From Phoronis australis (Eukaryota; Animalia; Phoronida), in NCBI GenBank assembly GCA_002633005.1, contig NMRA01000256.1:111048-175047 (forward strand): 64,000 nucleotides of DNA. The letters run 5' to 3'. Position 1 is the stretch's first letter. The number at the start of each line of letters is the position of its first letter. The position numbers and the translations under genes are program-made. The notes under the pieces were generated by a model that saw only the letters and a program-made list of their open reading frames with translations, did not search any database and was not told the DNA's origin. This document shows, in pieces, positions 24,768 to 37,039 of the stretch.

Positions 24768-26307
24768 AGCTGACAATATGGAGTTAAGATGGGGAAAGGA
24801 AATTTTGCCCTTTCATTTTTGGCACGTATACTTTCTAGTAATCTGGATTTTAAAAACTGTTCACTTTGCCTATTTTGTACATGCTTATGGAAGCCGTACG
24901 TAGAACTAATCCTTGAAAACAATGAAAATGGGAGGTGTTCTGTGGTCAAGTTTTATGTGAGAAGGTATTTTTGAAAAATAGTGTTCACAATTTGTTTTAT
25001 CATTTTATGTGACCTGCGACCTGTTTAAGAAAATAGTCTTCAGTTTGGTAAAATGCTTCGTTGTCATTAACAAAATACACCATTAAAACTGATCATGAAG
25101 CCCAGTGTGTTTGAATGGTGGTAAATGGGTATTAATCATTCCAAACCTGGTTATGTGTGACAGAATGCCCGAGCAAGGTATTTTATAATCATCAAGAACA
25201 GCGCTCAATTTGCCCTTATGAAGAAACAACTGGTGTTAATAGTTGACATTCGAAATAGCCACGCCATTTTTTAAATATTCTAACCCAGCAGAAGGTGATC
25301 AGGTCTTTCGTGGACAGGTGTTCAGCGCCACCTACAGATCTTATGTAATGCGGACGGGAGGTCTCAACCTTTCCTGCTTCTATCATGCCATTAAATTTCC
25401 ACTGTTGTGTGGTTGGATGTACTAATTCATTTATGCAAAAGGCAAAACATTTTTAAAATATCAATGGATGAATGAGTACATCGTGCTCCATACATTTCCC
25501 AACCATGAAAAAGTATCCACCAACAGTGGCTGTGATAAAGCGTGAGAATTTCGATCCCAGCCAGTCAGTTTAGTTAAAATAAATTAGTGAACTTCAATTA
25601 ATCAGTGGGAGGGGCTGGCAGTGAAATTTATTCTTCTGCTTTTGAATTAATGAACCACTGAATTCTGAATTAATCTGTCCACCAAATCTGAGCAGAGATC
25701 AATCTGAAATGACTTCCATGCTCTCACTATTTAAGAGAGTGCCAATATGAAAAGTCCCCCGGTTGAAAATAAGTTTTTTATTTTTGATAATGGAAAGGTC
25801 AGTTTTGGAGTTAATGTGAGGATTAATGTCTTGATAATATAAAGCCAGTCAAATGGCATTTGATATTCCAGAAAACATAATGTGAGCTTAAAATAAACAT
25901 TATTTTACAAATATGGGTTAAATGAAATGCAGGGTTTGATTTGGCGACCTCATATTTTGTTTGGTAACCTGGGAAGAATCCCAAAAGTCACCACAAAGTT
26001 GTCACGCACCCATCCGAGCATGTGCTAAAAATAATTCAGGTAGTAAACACAAAGGAGACCTAGTTGTTTGGCAAAAAAACAGAAGACTCCATTCATAACT
26101 ATTAACAGACAAAAATTGGTCTTTTTTCTATTTTCAAGAACTTAAACTTTTTGTGAATTTCCACATTTTCCTGAAACATTGTTTGATAGCAGCTGTGGTA
26201 CATAACTATAATTTGATTAAAGAAGAGTTGTTTGGTTTTGCTTTATTTGAAAACAAGTGAAATTTCACTTGTCCATATATTGTGTCATAAACTGGAGAGA
26301 TATTACC

Positions 26308-26850
26308 GAATAGTCCACACACCTTAACCCTAGGGCAACTTCCACATGGGCAACTTACCTCACTTATAAGTGGACCATCCACACACAGCCTAACCCTTAA
26401 GGGCAATTTGTACTAGTGCTACTTACCTCACTTTTAATTGGACCGTCCACACACAGCTTTACCCTAGGACAACTTGCACTAGTGCAACTTAGCTCACTTT
26501 TAGTGGAGTGTCCCGGCATTCAGATCTGTTAACTAGGGTAAGGGGGAATGCTCTATGCATGACAATGAACAGCTGATGGGAATACAGCACACAAAAGAAG
26601 ACCTGTTTGTTATGTAACTGCAGCTGATAATTATTTCTACCTTGCCCCAGGTTCGCAGCCACACAGCGATTAGTAGTGGCACAAGTTACCCTAGAACAAG
26701 TTAGTTACCCTTACCTCGATAATATGGAGTAAGTTGTCACAAGTGGGGCAAGTTGCACCAGTTTAAATAGCATCTACACAGCCCTCAAACATGAACATCT
26801 CGTTCCAGGAGTAACTGGCTCTAGGGTAAGTCTGTGTGTGGATGACACTA
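26308..26850. mobile_element. Degenerate MITE with internal tandem and inverted repeats
   Basis: Repeats of TCCACACAC..ACCCTAGGGCAACTT on the left are mirrored by AAGTTGC..CTAGGGT..GTGTGTGGA on the right. Confidence 0.5.
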
Positions 26851-27471
26851 GTGACTCCTACTGGAGCTGTACTTTGCTAAATACATATTTATGATAAATT
26901 TTCATTTTTACTTTATATCTAAAGAAATTAATCGAAACATTACAGTTGCTTGTGATTATTGTACTTTATGAAATATGCCAGGCTGTGAATCCTGCTGAGA
27001 TTTTTAGCTGAACAGTGAACACTATTCTCAACTTAATTAGCTGTGTTAGCTTTAAGTACTCTACAGTCTGTGTTTTCTCAAACTCAAAGCATCCGCACTA
27101 AGCTGCTACTTATGGTGTTTAGGCTAATTTTGTCTAGTGTTGGTTTATCTAGCCCTTGTTCTGCATTCTTATCATTGATTAATTCCCTCTTAGAGTTGTC
27201 TATTCTGACATCTGCTTCCTGTTGGGGGGAATGAAAAAAATTGAGCTTGCTGTTTGTAGAGAGTTTATTAAAAAGGAGGTTGTAAACCATGCTGGATTAT
27301 TTTGCTTGAGGACTGTTTTGAGACAAAGCGATTCCAGTTTTTCAACTTACAAATGGGTAAAGTTTTTGAAAAAATTGATGAAATGTCATCCTAACACTGG
27401 AAGTCTTGAACAAAGAATGTAGATATAAAGGAGTGTTATTTTTCACCAGGCTTCTTTAGTTATTAACTTAA

Positions 27472-28792
27472 AGGTGAAGGTAACCTTTTTTCATGTCACT
27501 TTTAGCAAAAATAAGGTTTGTTGATTATCCCAGACACATTTTTGGTAATTACAGCTTTTTGTAATTTGATTAATTTCTCGTCCTCTACTCCGGAAGTGAC
27601 GTTTTGGAAGGCAAGAGTTTCGCTCCAATTTCTTTTCATTATAGTCTGACTGTGTGAGTTGTCGAGTCTGTCATTGTTCTACCTCGGTTGTGATAAGTTC
27701 GGTCATCATTTGCTTTTGTTTACAAGTCTGTCAACATGCCACACTATTGCTGCATGCCGTGATGTATTCATTATCATCTCACACGCGCTTTGGGTACCTT
27801 GCGTCGCTTTCCGAAGGATGACACACATCGCCATACTTGGCTAGCTCGTTCATGCGTTACCCGTCCACGCAACGTACAAAGCAATGGAGGGTTACCGAGT
27901 GTGTGGCAAGCATTTTCTGCCGTCAGATTATGTCAGATATGTATGCTGAATTGATGAAGGTCCCTGCGAAACAACGCCTGAAGAAGGGTACCATACCGTC
28001 GCTGTTGATACCCGGCAGTGCCCCGTTGCCAACCCCGAGAAGTGCGTTTTTGAAGCAAGAAGCCTCGCGAGCTGTGGCCACTATATACAGTGACTGGAGG
28101 CACTTCATCTACTGTCACCCGTGCCTTCGAACGTACCCCATTGCATGCAATTCCGGGAACTAGCAGTGATTCGCCCTGTGCTGTTGTCTCTAGCCCAGAG
28201 CCTGTAAGCAGCCCTGCAGCGATGTTGAGTAGTGGGAGTGAATACAGGCCTAGTTCGACACACAGTGAAGAGGACAGTTCGTCATCCAATGAACAGATCG
28301 GTGAGCCTAAATTTGATTAGTTTATTGTGGACTTGTATTGGAGCTATTTAGAAGGTGCCAGGTGTGTGGCGAGGGAGTCATACGGCAGGATGTAAGCAGT
28401 TTGGGTGCTCAGATCGCCCTTCAGTGGAAGTGTGTCGCGGGACACTCGGGCATGTGGGATAGTTCTTCCTCTGTACGTGAGACGATAATGAGTACACCCC
28501 AGTACGCAGCAGCAGCATGGCATGTTGATTGACTCGTAAGCAAAAGCAAACGACGACCGAACTTATCACAACCGAGGTAGAACAATGACTGACTCGACTG
28601 CTCTCAGTCAGACTACGGTATAATGAAAAGAAATTGGCGCGAAATTCTTGCCTCCCAAAACGTCACTTCCGGAGTAGAAGACGAGTAATTAATTAAATTA
28701 CCAAAAGCAGTAAATAAGTGAAAAATGTGTTTGGGATAATCAACGAACCTTATTTTTGCTAAAAATGACATGAAAAAAGGTTGCCTTCGCCT
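27472..28792 (+). mobile_element. Kolobok-like non-autonomous element with ~310-bp inverted arms
   Basis: TTAA|AGGTGAAGG...CCTTCGCCT|TTAA. Contains decayed THAP and zinc-finger coding remnants. Confidence 0.88.
27736..28476 (+). pseudogene. Decayed THAP-domain transposase N-terminus (Kolobok-like)
   Basis: Across frames: MPHYCCMP*C, RFPKDDTHRHTW, RVCGKHFLPSDY, RLKKGTIPSL (THAP C2CH plus AVPTIF box), then LELFRRCQVC...WKCVAGHSGMWDS. Has stops and frameshifts; no DDE core. Confidence 0.8.
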
Positions 28793-29509
28793 TTAAGCTC
28801 TGACTTCAACTGTGACAAAATTGAATTTCATTTTAAAGTCTCGCCAATTTCATTCAAAACTAGGACCAAATTTGATCCATGCAATGTGATTAACCAAGTG
28901 CTTTGTTATCTAGTTGTCTATTTAGGTAGTTGCGCAGAGACTGTCTAGCTTAAGAAATTCACAACATGGCAGACGAGTGAAATTAAAAACTAATGTATTG
29001 AAAAATATCACCTGTTTAGAACACGTATAACAATATAGTGCAGTGTGTGTGTTTCATTTTCTCATTTTTCCTTGAACTACATGTATAACTAAAGTATTGC
29101 TTTTCCTTTTCAATCTATGTAGACCGTGTAGCTACTCTCAGACACTGTTTTAAAAAATCACAACAATGTTGGAAGTCTTTGAAAAATGAAAAAGCGTAAT
29201 TACTAATTACTATTTTCTGATATTGGTTACAGTTTTGTCATATTAGCTATGCCTTAAATGTTATTTGGCTATAGATGATGCCATGTTGATGTGCCGGCCA
29301 TGAATAGTCAGTTACTTATGACCCGGCCCTAACAGGTTGAACATCACTCACAGTTAGCTGATCGTAAAATGTGATGACAGACTTGTGAAATTTGATCTCT
29401 GATGTGTACTGAAACCTGTTTTAAATGAGCTCCCTATTTATATTGGAGCTCCAAATCTAATCCCCTTACTTTAAATCTATTTATTCTTCTCCACATCTAC
29501 ACTTCAAAT

Positions 29510-30060
29510 AGTGCTTTCCCACTAGAGGTACGACGTTTCGGTAAGTGAGAAAGGTTAACTCCAGTAGTTAATCTGCTAGCGAAACTACGCTGAAAATGGT
29601 AGGATTTAAAAGCGATACTTCGGCACTCACCAAAACTGCGGTGTAGTGGGAAAGGTCAGAACGAAACTTTGGCAACGTTATCGATAGAGGTCGTGACAAC
29701 GATTAAGGATCACGCGAGACTTAATGCGGAGATAGATATCCTGCAAAATACGTTCTTTGTTGTTGAAGAGTCAGTTTACTTTGGTACATTTTAATTTGTA
29801 AGTAAAGAAAAGAATACACACCAGATGAAAAATGACACTGATCATTTTCATAAACAATTATAGTAAATGGCGAGAGAATAATTTTCAGTTAGCCTCAATA
29901 TTCGTTTGAAACTAGGAATGAACTGTGCCGTCTGGAATTTTTTGCCGATGACTGAATCCCCATATAGCGATAACTTTGATGTCGCTGTCTAGTAGGAAAA
30001 GTAACCGAAGTTTCAGCGTAGCTAAGTGTAAACTGAAGTTCCCCTAATGGGAAAGCACCT
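29510..30060. mobile_element. ~550-bp MITE family, copy 1 (Harbinger-like)
   Basis: TIR GTGCTTTCCCACTAG / CTAATGGGAAAGCAC. Homologous to 32841-33419 and 32090-32307. Confidence 0.75.
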
Positions 30061-31123
30061 GAAGACGGAATCGATTTACACCTCCTGAAGTCTGCTGGAA
30101 GAATTCTGTGTACATGCACTTCTCACCTTCAACAACTTCCTTATATTTTTCATAAACACTGATAAAATGGCCAGCAACAAGATTGTTTTGGCAGCATTTA
30201 TTTATAATTTAATTTTTTTGCCAGAATAGTTAGTGTATTGAAAGGCATAAAATCATAAAATATCAAAATTGATTTCATGGGGGAATTCTTGGACGAAGAT
30301 ACATTGGAACCTCAAGGTCTGCACACGTGCAAGTATTTGTCACTCCTTCATTTGAGTCGAATCTATTCGATTGTGTTCTGTTGTAAAAGATCTGACTCTT
30401 TTGGACAGTGTCTATCCGAGAAGTCAAAACTTTGGAAGGGAATCAAACTGGAATGACTCCTTTTTGATTAATCCCAATGGGGCAAAGTTACTTATCTGTC
30501 ATGTCTTGTCCATCTATCATCATATATATATCCATAGAGTACTTCAGGGTTCAAGTGAAAGTTCACTGAGGCTTGTCCTGGTTTTGTTGCAGTAAACAAG
30601 TCTATGTTATCTGAACTAATAAGGGAGATATCTTTGAGTGTCTTGCAAGCACAAAAAGTTTCACTCTGGTTAAAAGTTCATTCAATGATAAACTCTGGCT
30701 TGTAGTAAGTACATCCATCACAGTGTCAGAAACTTTCAGCTTGTTCAACTCATGCATGTAATGAGTGCAAATTTTCAGGTTGTAAGCTTATATGTTTGCT
30801 TCAAGTCTTCTTTTCAATTAGAGACCAGTGTCTTGTTTTGACGCAACTGATTCTCTATTTGCACCAAGGCGATTATACCGTAACTTTTAATGTTATGTAG
30901 GACCTTTGAAAAGTTACAATTTTGGCTAACTTAGGAATATCACTTCCCAGAGATGGCTGGTTGGATTCACATGAAACTTCTAGCTACTAAATGTGTTGTA
31001 TGTGCTGCTGTCCAGAACTCTTTTAGAAATTGTCCCACTTTTGTATGAGATGCTATATCTACGTAAAATAAGGCGATTTGATGTGATTTTATGAAAATTG
31101 CACAAAACAAAAGGATAATTTAA

Positions 31124-32084
31124 ACAGTACACACCACGGATTTTTGCACATTTTGAATTACCGGTGGCCACAGACTAAATGTATGACGTAAAATTTAGCT
31201 AAACCCATGTTTATTGTGTAATTAGCTCAAAATTTTGATTTTTCTTTCAATTTTGCCAATTTTCACATTTCCCGCCATGTGACGTCATGGGTTGAACACA
31301 AGAGATCAGTGACTAGCATTGAACAATGGCGGAGACCAGGGAATTTGAAAGTGACGACGATTAAGAGCAAGAATTGAACGAATACTTTGAAGAAACGTAT
31401 GTGAATGGTGGCCAGGATGAGGAAATGGGGTTGCCCGAAAGCGAGAACAAGTTTAATGTGCTTCCGGCTGCGTACTTTTCTACTTTGAGCCTTATGAACT
31501 GGATCCTCCCGCGAGAGAAGCGGCCTCGGGCTCGGTGAGTCAACCCAGTCATCCAACAGACGATCCTGAATTAAGAGCTGATGTTTCTGAATGATAAATA
31601 TTGTCCTTTATTGAACCAGGCCTTCATCATAACGTCTCCTGTGACTGGAGTCGAAACACGAGTCCTCAAAGTGGGCAGAACACAGAGTGGCCTCGGACCG
31701 AATCGCTTGGTCCACGATGACGTCCCACACTCTCGCTCGGCGCACGAAGTCATGCCACTTCTGCGCAACCTTGGTGTCCTTCGGAACACCGAGACGTTTT
31801 CTGCCTGGCTGCTGTTGCTGCAGCCTCCGGAAACACATCTTTTGATCCCTCTACGAACCTTCTCGACGCTAAATGTACTTTGCATTCTCTTCACTCTATG
31901 CACTTTGTCTCTGATCCGAACGGTATGGCGAACGACTTGGGTTCAACCCATGACGTTGTACATAATTATTATTTTTTTCAATTTCTGCGTGTTTCTTTAT
32001 GAGCTGTGCACTAAAGGCACTGAAATCAAGTAAGATATAATAATAAAATTTATTTTGAGGTACTAGAGTCATGTTGTGTACACT
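31124..32084. mobile_element. Internally deleted Kolobok-like element with two convergent ORF stubs
   Basis: TTAA flanks (31120-31123, 32085-32088) and an 11/15 TIR, ACAGTACACACCACG vs AGTGTACACAACATG. THAP stub on -, acidic ORF stub on +. Confidence 0.65.
31608..31903 (-). pseudogene. Frameshifted THAP domain
   Basis: KRCVSGGCSNS...SVF, frameshift, then PKDTKVAQKWHDFVRR...TLCSAHFEDSCF. Confidence 0.85.
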
Positions 32085-32089
32085 TTAAT

Positions 32090-32307
32090 GGACGTAAATA
32101 AATGAAAGAAAGCATATTTGATGAAAAATGACACTGATCATTTTTATAAACACTCGTAAATGGCAGGAGAACAATTTTCAGATAGCTTCAAACCCACATC
32201 TCAATATTCCTTTAAGATTATGCATGTCGTTGATAAGTGGGAAAGGTAAGTGAAGATACTGGGAAGCCTGCAGTAAACCTGAAGTTCCCCTAATGGGAAA
32301 GTGACCT
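32090..32307. mobile_element. Partial (right half) copy of the 550-bp MITE
   Basis: GATGAAAAATGACACTGATCATTTT...GTTCCCCTAATGGGAAAG matches 29820-30060. Confidence 0.65.
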
Positions 32308-32840
32308 GTGGGTGTGAATGATACATCACATGACAGTTGCAACTGGGTTTAGTTATAAAAACTCTGTACTGTGGAGAAGATAAATAGGTAGCTATACATG
32401 TGTAATCTCATTCATTCCTTAAGGTTGCTCAAGTGATTATGGTTCCGTAATTTATTCAAAGGTCCTCCTTCACTGGGTTTTCAACCATGACTAGATTTCT
32501 AAACATGACTCAGAACTTGTGATGGGTCACTCAGCCTTTGAATACTTGTTGAGAGAAGTTAGAGAACATTGGTCAACATTGCTTATTGTAATTCTCTATT
32601 GTTTCTACACAAAGTATTTAAATTAGTTATATTTCCCATGTAAATCAAATGTACAGACTTCATAGTTGAAGGGTTTGCAAAATTTAAACTGAGCAATCTG
32701 TCTGCTTGCTAATATAATAAAATGTGGTGGGTTGCCAACTGGATCCAATGAACAGTAATTACTGAGTTACTTTATCCTGTTCCAATGTACCTATACCATG
32801 ATTAATGAATCATTTTGACAATCTTATCATCTTCTACTTG

Positions 32841-33419
32841 AGTCGCTTTCCCATTAGAAGTGAAACTTTGCTTTTACCAAAGTTTCGGTATGTGAGAAAG
32901 GTTAACTCCGATAGTTTATCTACAAGCGAAACTCTGCTTAAAATAGTAGGATTTAAAAGCAAAGCTTCGGTATTCACCAGAACTTCAGTTAAGTGGGCAA
33001 AGTCAGAGCAAAAGTTTGGTGAAGTTGATGATAGAGGTTGCAGCAATGTTGCAGGATCACGGGAGACCCAATGAGATATCTCACAAGACGTGTTCTTTGT
33101 TACTGTAGCAACACCAACATGCTCTCAATAGATAGTCACGTGAATAAGGAAAAGAACACACATCTGATGAAGAATGACACTTATCATTTTCATAAACACT
33201 CTGGTAAATTGTGGGGGAACATTAATTGCAGTTATCCTTGAACTCACTACTCAATATTCATTCGAGTGTACAAATGAATTGTGCTGCCTGGTGTTAATAC
33301 TTCGATGATTGAATCGCTATGTAGTGATAACTTCAATATTACTGCCCCTAGTGGGAAAGTTAAGCGAAGTTTCGTGGAAGCTTCGGTAAACCGATGTTAC
33401 CCTAATGGGAAAGTACCTT
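32841..33419. mobile_element. ~550-bp MITE family, copy 2
   Basis: GCTTTCCCATTAG...CTAATGGGAAAGT, collinear with copy 1. Confidence 0.75.
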
Positions 33420-34332
33420 CTGGTTTTTCTTATTTTTAATGTCTTACTGCCGCCACTAGGATTAATGAGGAGTCTTTACATTCATGTTCTTCAAAGTCCA
33501 AAACTGGCTTTGTGTGTGGCAAGAAATCTCCTCTCGAGTAGACTCGTGCGAAGGTACTTTAGAAATATTATTTTTGAGTGGGAAATGAGTTGATTAAGTG
33601 GAGAATTAATATTGTTTTAATTATTTTTAATTTTCAAATGTTCTTTGTTGGAGTTCTAGTGGATAGTTCTAACAAACGGAGTCAGGTCATGTCTACTGCT
33701 CTTACCACTGTGAAGTCTCACAGGTGAGAAGCCACTATGGTGCAAATCTTTTGGATCTAATGCGAAAGCGATTTCTGGGGCTGTGCTTTCATTCAAAAGA
33801 GGAAGTAAGCATCGGTTGCACGTAGCAGTATCGACGCCACCAAGCCTTTTAGCCTGGCCTTCATCTAGAGGGCGTCAGGGCATCCAAAAGGACACCCCGA
33901 CTCAAACATCTGAGTTAGGATGCTGTGTTCAGTATTTTGACACCCATGTCTAGTAAGCACAGTTGTCCCTTTTTAATGTGTTAACCAGCACTGGTTTGGG
34001 AGCTTACAGTATAAAAAACTTGGTTTAGAAATGATGTAAGATACAAAAAAATTAAGTGCAAAACCATGTCTCCACAGGAACACACAGCAACAGCAAAATT
34101 GTGACTTGGAGTTATAAAAACGCTTTTACCCTTTACTGGTTTTGGAAGCACTGAGATATTGAGGACCACAACTTGGAGGCACTATTTTTTGAAATCCTGT
34201 ATGAACCCCTACTTTCAATCCATTCATAGATTATGTCAGTCTGTTGACACACCCACTTCCATTCATTGAATGGTAGATTCAAACCAACACGAAGATGTTT
34301 TTTATGTTTAAATGTAGTGGTTAGTTTGCAAT

Positions 34333-35741
34333 AGCGGATTTGCAGCGACGCCATATTGAAATTAGGTTAAAATGGTGCATTGTGGGTGCTGTGGTCAGGA
34401 TTCAGAAAGCGGCCATAGTAACAAGCATAATACGCGGTATGAGCGCGAAGAAAACTTACGGCGGATACATTTGTTGTAATCCTGGCTGCTTCAAAAACAA
34501 CAAGAGAGATAAAAATCTGAGTTTTTATGTGTTCCCTGCAAACCAAGAACTTAGTGAAAAATGGATAAACAACATTAGGAGAGCTGGGAGTAAGGGGAGA
34601 TTTAGCGCATTCAAACCAACGCGGGGCCATCTAGTAGGCAACACGTANNNNNNNNNNNNNNNNNNNNNNNNNNNNNNNNNNNNNNNNNNNNNNNNNNNNN
34701 NNNNNNNNNNNNNNNNNNNNNNNNNNNNNNNNNNNNNNNNNNNNNNNNNNNNNNNNNNNNNNNNNNNNNNNNNNNNNNNNNNNNNNNNNNNNNNNNNNNN
34801 NNNNNNNNNNNNNNNNNNNNNNNNNNNNNNNNNNNNNNNNNNNNNNNNNNNNNNNNNNNNNNNNNNNNNNNNNNNNNNNNNNNNNNNNNNNNNNNNNNNN
34901 NNNNNNNNNNNNNNNNNNNNNNNNNNNNNNNNNNNNNNNNNNNNNNNNNNNNNNNNNNNNNNNNNNNNNNNNNNNNNNNNNNNNNNNNNNNNNNNNNNNN
35001 NNNNNNNNNNNNNNNNNNNNNNNNNNNNNNNNNNNNNNNNNNNNNNNNNNNNNNNNNNNNNNNNNNNNNNNNNNNNNNNNNNNNNNNNNNNNNNNNNNNN
35101 NNNNNNNNNNNNNNNNNNNNNNNNNNNNNNNNNNNNNNNNNNNNNNNNNNNNNNNNNNNNNNNNNNNNNNNNNNNNNNNNNNNNNNNNNNNNNNNNNNNN
35201 NNNNNNNNNNNNNNNNNNNNNNNNNNNNNNNNNNNNNNNNNNNNNNNNNNNNNNNNNNNNNNNNNNNNNNNNNNNNNNNNNNNNNNNNNNNNNNNNNNNN
35301 NNNNNNNNNNNNNNNNNNNNNNNNNNNNNNNNNNNNNNNNNNNNNNNNNNNNNGGAGTTTCCTCTTAAAATTAACGTCTCTAGCATATCCACGGCGAAAG
35401 CTACAAAAGTTTAGCAACCCAAGAACTCTCAACTTGTCTGAAACCGGAGGGGATTTCGAAATCAACGCCGATAGCCCCAATACTGAACATGACGACAGTC
35501 GTGCCCTCGGTCACACGGTCACTGATCATAGCTACGCTGTATTTACAAACGAGAGAGAGGACTTGCTTGGTATTATAAAGCAAAAAAATGAAACATGGTT
35601 TCTAGTTTGCAAATCACTCCAAATGCACACACTATCCAGCCTCCTCAAGACATGCCTGACCACAAGCTATCCCATGAGCCTTCGCGCAGGAAGTAACTCG
35701 CACATGCGCAATGCGTAGTTCGTTTTCGCTGCAAATCCGCT
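34333..35741 (+). mobile_element. THAP-bearing DNA transposon with AT TSD (ISL2EU/PHIS-like), spanning the assembly gap
   Basis: Perfect 16-bp TIR AGCGGATTTGCAGCGA / TCGCTGCAAATCCGCT flanked by AT. ORF MSAKKTYGGYICCNPGC...FYVFPANQELSEKWINNIRR (THAP) runs into the Ns. Confidence 0.8.
34648..35353. other. Assembly gap (N run)
   Basis: 706 consecutive Ns. Confidence 1.
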
Positions 35742-37039
35742 ATTGTGCTGTTTGTTGGGTGACAAGATTAGGTCCTTCTGTAAGCTATTTGAAAGCACAA
35801 ATGATTGGGAAAAACTACTTCAGCACAGTTTGACTGTATTCAGAAGTTTTCTAATGCCGACAGGTGGTCTAGTGTTAAGTGTTTTAGGTTGTCAGTGAGG
35901 TCTGATGTTTCCCATTACTAGTAAATATCAGAATGTATTCCCGTAACACTAACTGGTGGCCATACAAGTTGAGAGCCGTGTATATTCCAGACGAGAGTCT
36001 TTTGCTTGAGGATAGATACTTTTAGTTATAATTGAACTGAACATAAGTGTAAAATTGATGTTAGTTTCAAACCTTTCTTCCATGTTTAATTGTTAACCGA
36101 TGCTTATCATATACTATTAGAGGAAATAGAATGAAAAAGTAATTGTAAAATATAAAGGGGAATTGCTTTCACTTTGCTCTTGGTTATCTAGAGATATTTG
36201 ATACTAGTGCTGGTATATGGTTTATTCAGGTCTGTTTACATAGTCTACATGAGTTTATCAGTGACAAGCACATTTCCCCATTTGTTCTCTGCCTGATTGA
36301 TCTGTATTGCAGGTGACCCAGCAAAGCGCTTTATGAAACTATCTTACTGTAAAGCTTTCGCTTGCAGTTGCAGCTAATGTTTGTAGGTCAAAGATGGCTG
36401 ATTATCTAGTTTTTAGGTGTTCCGTGACCTGATGGCTGGAATTAGGTTCACTGACGTGTCATAACTATTCTGAGTTTTAGATTCCATTAAATTATAGTTA
36501 GGTATGGGCATTTAATATGTAGAGCTCTAGAAAAATGTCCACAATTGGCTCTAATTTTGGAATGTCATATCAGAGTTTTATGGCAGATCAGATTCATTAA
36601 TTTTATGAAACTTTCACATATTTTGCTTTATGCACTGTTTGACTGTTCGGAGTTGTACTTAAAAATTTCCACTTTATTTATGAGGGCCTATCGCAAACAA
36701 GACTTTGATTTTTATGAAACAACTAAAATGTTGCATCAAACGAAAACATATTAATTCTTTAGAAAACTATATGTAACAAATGTTTTTGAAGTTTCATCTT
36801 CAACATGAAGATCTAATCAAATTTGGTCCCGTTATTGATACCAATGTTATACAGGCTTTCTACTTTCACAAAATACTTTTACATTAATTTTCATCTATTA
36901 TTTTGTAGATGTCGCTCGGTGCACTTACTATATATGAATATGTATATGTATTTCTTAGTGTCCAGCTTTGTTGAAGTTCTTTGTTAACTTTAAGAAAACA
37001 CTTTAAAATTTTGGATTTAAGAATGCGTAGCAAACATTA

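Noticed and set aside
24483-24949. Repetitive ORFs (YCHNYT)n, (VSVVVT)n, (TTLTVT)n
   Set aside because: They are translations of a stop-free 18-bp minisatellite, with no supporting gene structure.
34340-35480. Long 250-340 aa ORFs in the track
   Set aside because: Artefacts of reading through the N gap. Only the THAP part from 34439 is real.
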